A stretch of 64,000 bases of DNA from Ostrea edulis (taxonomy: Eukaryota). Position 1 is the first letter of the stretch, and each line of letters begins with the position of its first letter. A program made the translations under genes and the position numbers. The notes beneath the pieces were generated by a model that did not search any database, was not told the DNA's origin, and saw only the letters and a program-made list of their open reading frames with translations. Positions 60,801 through 64,000 of this stretch are shown in pieces. The stretch spans positions 1,984,001 to 2,048,000 of the forward strand of contig NC_079169.1 of NCBI RefSeq assembly GCF_947568905.1, given 5' to 3'.

Positions 60801-63800
60801 TTGTATTGTGTGTATGTAAAAACCATAGTGTGATGATTCAAATGAGATGAGATCCCATCTTTACAGGTGCTCTACAACCCGCCGAGCCTTTTGGTTAATT
60901 ACCAGTCAGTGACATTATCTGATTGTCTCATTTCTGTCTCCTCAAATGTTTGAATGTTTATATGGATGAAAACAATAAATTCGTATCACAGGCACTCGAT
61001 ATTTCAGATGACTACTGTTCTTCATGTGTTACATTGTTTTTTATGTAAAGTTGAGATTTCCTGGGTACATCTGTCTTTCTTTCTAACAGAGCTGTGGAAA
61101 TTACAAAAATAACAGGACAAGACATAAAGCCGACCAAAGCTGAGGAACCAAAGACCATGGTCTGTACTCATTAGGCCACCGTATAAAAATTGTTTGGTTG
61201 TACTCACCTGACCCAACTTTTAAAATAGGGGTGGGTAGGTGGTAGGGAATTTGTTAACAATGCTAAACTTTTAAAATTTATTGAACACTGTGTATTTTTG
61301 ATGGCACATGGCCTGTTAAATCTAGTGTTGGTCACCAAGATGCTTCTCACTATTTGGTCTCATACATGTATGTTAAGTGTTTCAATGTTCAAGTTTTAGA
61401 TGTAAAATTAAAACTGATGTTGATGGGATTAGAAGATTCTGGAATGGTAAAAAAAAATTATTTCTCAAAGGCTAAAAAAAGTTTTTAGTCATTCTGGAGA
61501 GGGAGAACAGACAATTTTTTAAAGGTGACATTAGTACACATATATTTATATACAGTCAAACGTGTTTAAAGAGGCCACTTTGGGGAAGTTATGAAAGTGA
61601 CCACTTATGACAGGTGGCCTCTTATTCCAGTTTGCCCTGTATAAACAGCCAGTCAATCAATATATGAACAAATTATAAACTTAATTACACTTCACAGAGT
61701 AAAATAAGGTGAATTTCATCAAAATACTGATCATACATATCTACATTCATTTCCCGTAATTTGTCACCATTTTCTCTTTGGATCCACATTGTTTTCAAAA
61801 TCCGCCAGATATTCAGCTTTTCTTTTCAAAATGTTTATCTATGTCTTTCCAACATTTAATTTTGCTGCAATCTTGCCAGAAGATATACTTTCTTATCCAG
61901 ATCAATCACTGATATTTTCAGATAAATTTAAAACATTCCGTTTTACATTCGGCGAAGCCATTTCAACAATGTGCTAAAAATGACAAACAACGATAACAGA
62001 GTACAAAATATTTAATTTGAACACAAATCTGCTTAATAGCTTCATGTAAACTGACCAGTATTTAATTACCCAAGCGTATGTGTGTTTTCCAAACAATCAG
62101 CTATCGCCACAGTTGATTAACTCGTGTAAAATATCACACAAGAAAACTGCATCGTTGGACAAAATGGCCACCCATTACAGTGTAATTAGCGTGTTGGGTG
62201 AGGATTTGAGTGGCTGCTGGCCACAGATGGCCGTTTATTCCAGTAGGAATACATAGGGAAAATCATTGGGGGGAATTGAGAGTGGCCATTGTTCGGGAGT
62301 GGCTGCTGATTTCAAGTGGCTGCTAAGACAAGTTTGACTGTACTGTACAGACATACATCTTGCACTGGTTGAGGCCAGATTATGTTGGTACAATGATATA
62401 CATATTGAATATTATCCATATTGTATTTTTGAAATGTGTTGTCTTTATGAAAGTCTAAGAATTGGGATATGAGTAAAAAGTGTTTAAGATATAAGTACTT
62501 GTTGCACTGTATTGAAGAATTAAATATATTTGAAAGTGTCTAATAAAAGCAAAGATCAATTCATATTGGTCAAGTCCAAACAAGGTATAAGCATAAAAGC
62601 GTGGAATTTGTAATTCAATCCTTCAGAATGTGTGTTTTCACATGAAATTTGTGATTACTAGATGGACCAATTCCTGAGTGGGTATGGTGTTGAACAGTCC
62701 ATTACAAATAACACACAGAGCCCCGGACCTACACGATCTTCAGTTTCATCTGCTGCAGCAAATAACAGTGAATCGAAACCCAATGTCTCAAAGGTAGTCA
62801 CCTGCACTATAATGTCTCAAAGGTAGTCACCTGCACTATAATGTCTCAAAGGTAGTCACCTGCACTATAATGTCTCAAAGGTAGTCACCTGCACTATAAT
62901 GTTGTTTGTTTAGGGAGGTCAGTGATGTCTTGCTTTCACTATTACAATATTTACCAAATGACTGTAAGTGGTAAGTACTGTATTTGCCCATCAAAATCGA
63001 CATTTGTGCCTTATTTTTTTAAATTTGTGCATTTTATGCAAGAATATAGATGCATTTTGGTTGGTATTGTCAATTTGATCAAAATGAAATAGAAACAGAA
63101 TCAAGACTTCACAAACATGAAGTTTAGCTACAATTATCAGTATTTTAATATAAAAAAGTTACTTTTCACTCAGATTTTCTTCTTTAATACATTAAAACTT
63201 TATATCTATACCATAAATTTAAATTTATCTTATAAGATATACACACATGATTTTGTTTTGTGTGAAGCTGCCCTCTTATGTTTTCAGAAAGAAAATGTTC
63301 ACAAAACTTAGCCTTTTGAATAAATTTGATTTAAATTGAAAAAATGCATCACTTTAGAGGCTTAATATTGCAAATCATGTCAGAGACAGATTATATGAAA
63401 TTGTATTGGAAGCAATCTCCTTTTTGAAATAAAATAAGATTACTTTTTCTTTAAGTCTTTTTTTATGGGAGAGAGAGAGGCTGTTGGTATAGTCCTTTTT
63501 CAAAAAGATTCACAAAGATACTGTAGGATTTAATTTATATTTCACAGAATTCATAGTTGATCAAAATGAGAAATACTAATATACCTGTAAATCTAAAAAA
63601 AAAAAAACCAAACATGGATTGATTAAATCATCTATCAAATGATATTTCAGGCACTCACTTTAGAGGAAAAGCAGCGATTAGCTCAGGAACAAGAACAACA
63701 GAGAAGATTTAAAGAGCAGAAACCTTTGACAGTGTCTACCAGCAAAACTTCATCTACCGGTAATGTGACAAGGTCACAGCCTAGAGACTTGACTGCTTCA

Positions 63801-64000
63801 TTAATGAGTGCCAGTACAGTGGGGTCACCAGGAATGATGGGAAATCAAGGAATGCTGGGGCAAAATAGTTTGAATTCAAATGTTATGCAGTTTTCACATA
63901 GTGCATCCAATACTAGTGGATTTCCAAATTATTCAGGGGGACGAACTCTTGGTCAGACCTCAGGAATTCGACCCACAGCAACAACAAATACCAAACATTC
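48745..64000 (+). CDS. SCYL2: SCY1-like protein 2 (pseudokinase + HEAT repeats), 3'-partial, 16 coding exons
   Basis: Exons: 48745-48897, 50242-50399, 50506-50650, 50970-51119, 52338-52553, 53299-53415, 55070-55195, 55441-55617, 55858-55980, 57366-57479, 58882-59014, 59235-59353, 60358-60458, 61090-61159, 62662-62793, 63651 to end. Translation starts MDMLNKLRSAVSSALPGNPL and includes EAAVFVFEKK, QLTRLRHPKIL, LAFATEPVFASLANVLG, WKLAGFDF, PDLDYMAPEY, VRINCLLCIGKLLEYMDKW and LTLEEKQRLAQEQEQ, all recognisable SCYL2 segments. Phases are consistent. Confidence 0.92.
49638..49960. mobile_element. Kolobok-like MITE with an embedded tRNA-like segment
   Basis: (T)AAAGAGGT...ACCTCCTTAA ends; internal TAGCTCAGAAGG...GTTTGAGTCC; degenerate relative at ~2416-2690. 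Confidence 0.5.
51606..52230 (+). mobile_element. HINE-like element
   Basis: TTTTAGCTC... start and TTTCAACCAAACTTGGCACAAAGCATC core; similar to the opposite-strand copy at 46655-47570. Confidence 0.6.
52689..52762 (+). pseudogene. Degenerate tRNA-like sequence (repeat-borne)
   Basis: D arm GCTC/GAGC and B box GGTTCGATTCC present; anticodon and T stems have mismatches; lies inside an intronic repeat. Confidence 0.45.
53381..54795 (+). repeat. 65-69-bp minisatellite spanning the SCYL2 exon 6 donor (21 copies)
   Basis: CTACCGTTAGACCAGATCCCAGTCAGCTAATGAAG|GTAATCAAACAGGGATCTACCAATAAAACT; real donor at 53416, next at 53481. Confidence 0.95.
56195..56985 (+). mobile_element. HINE-like element with ~146-bp internal tandem repeats
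   Basis: Starts TTTTTATACCCCCC, GTCC microsatellite, 4-5 internal units, ends GGGGGTATTCTTAGTGAGCATTGCTCACAGTACC (3' hairpin). Confidence 0.65.
58419..58881 (+). repeat. ~42-bp minisatellite ending at the SCYL2 exon 11 acceptor (11 copies)
   Basis: TTGTATATACAATTGTCATTTGAATTGCGTATTGTTTGGTAG; the last copy ends TTGTTAG at the real acceptor 58881. Confidence 0.9.
59329..59600 (+). repeat. 44-47-bp repeat spanning the SCYL2 exon 12 donor (6 copies)
   Basis: TGACAGTAATCTGAATTTATCACAG|GTTAGTAAAAGAATTGACATAC; real donor at 59354. Confidence 0.92.
59880..60220. repeat. 13-bp intronic repeat
   Basis: GTAAATGAGTTCT repeated. Confidence 0.9.
61553..62340. mobile_element. TA-flanked non-autonomous DNA element
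   Basis: TA|CAGTCAAAC...GTTTGACTG|TA. Confidence 0.68.
62782..62902 (+). repeat. 29-bp repeat spanning the SCYL2 exon 15 donor (4 perfect copies)
   Basis: AATGTCTCAAAG|GTAGTCACCTGCACTAT x4; real donor at 62794. Confidence 0.95.

Noticed and set aside
60867-60912. Candidate SCYL2 exon after ttacag at 60866
   Set aside because: In-frame TGA and no good donor; 61090-61159 fits phase and frame.

Overview
AT-rich, intron-rich animal genomic DNA. The repeat families resemble those of bivalves, probably an oyster (inference). There are two large + strand genes. One is the 3' part of a class I myosin (24 coding exons, 57-24266; motor, IQ and TH1 domains). The other is the 5' part of SCYL2 (16 coding exons, 48745 to the window end). 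Between them lies a decayed inverted duplication carrying two head-to-head copies of a two-exon, 136-aa, probably myristoylated, stathmin-like gene that the ORF track only partly shows. One arm of the duplication is interrupted by a SINE that itself holds a 5.2-kb CACTA-like element. Two other patterns stand out. (1) Minisatellites are anchored on splice junctions: 9 of 38 donors and 3 acceptors are tandemly amplified, always with the used site at the exon-side end of the array. (2) Two minimal type I hammerhead ribozyme motifs sit 248 nt apart on the sense strand of a myosin intron (retrozyme or Penelope-like). The window also has many MITEs, SINEs, HINE-like elements and a 5'-truncated LINE. 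All coordinates were worked out by hand, and protein identities come from motif recognition, not database searches.
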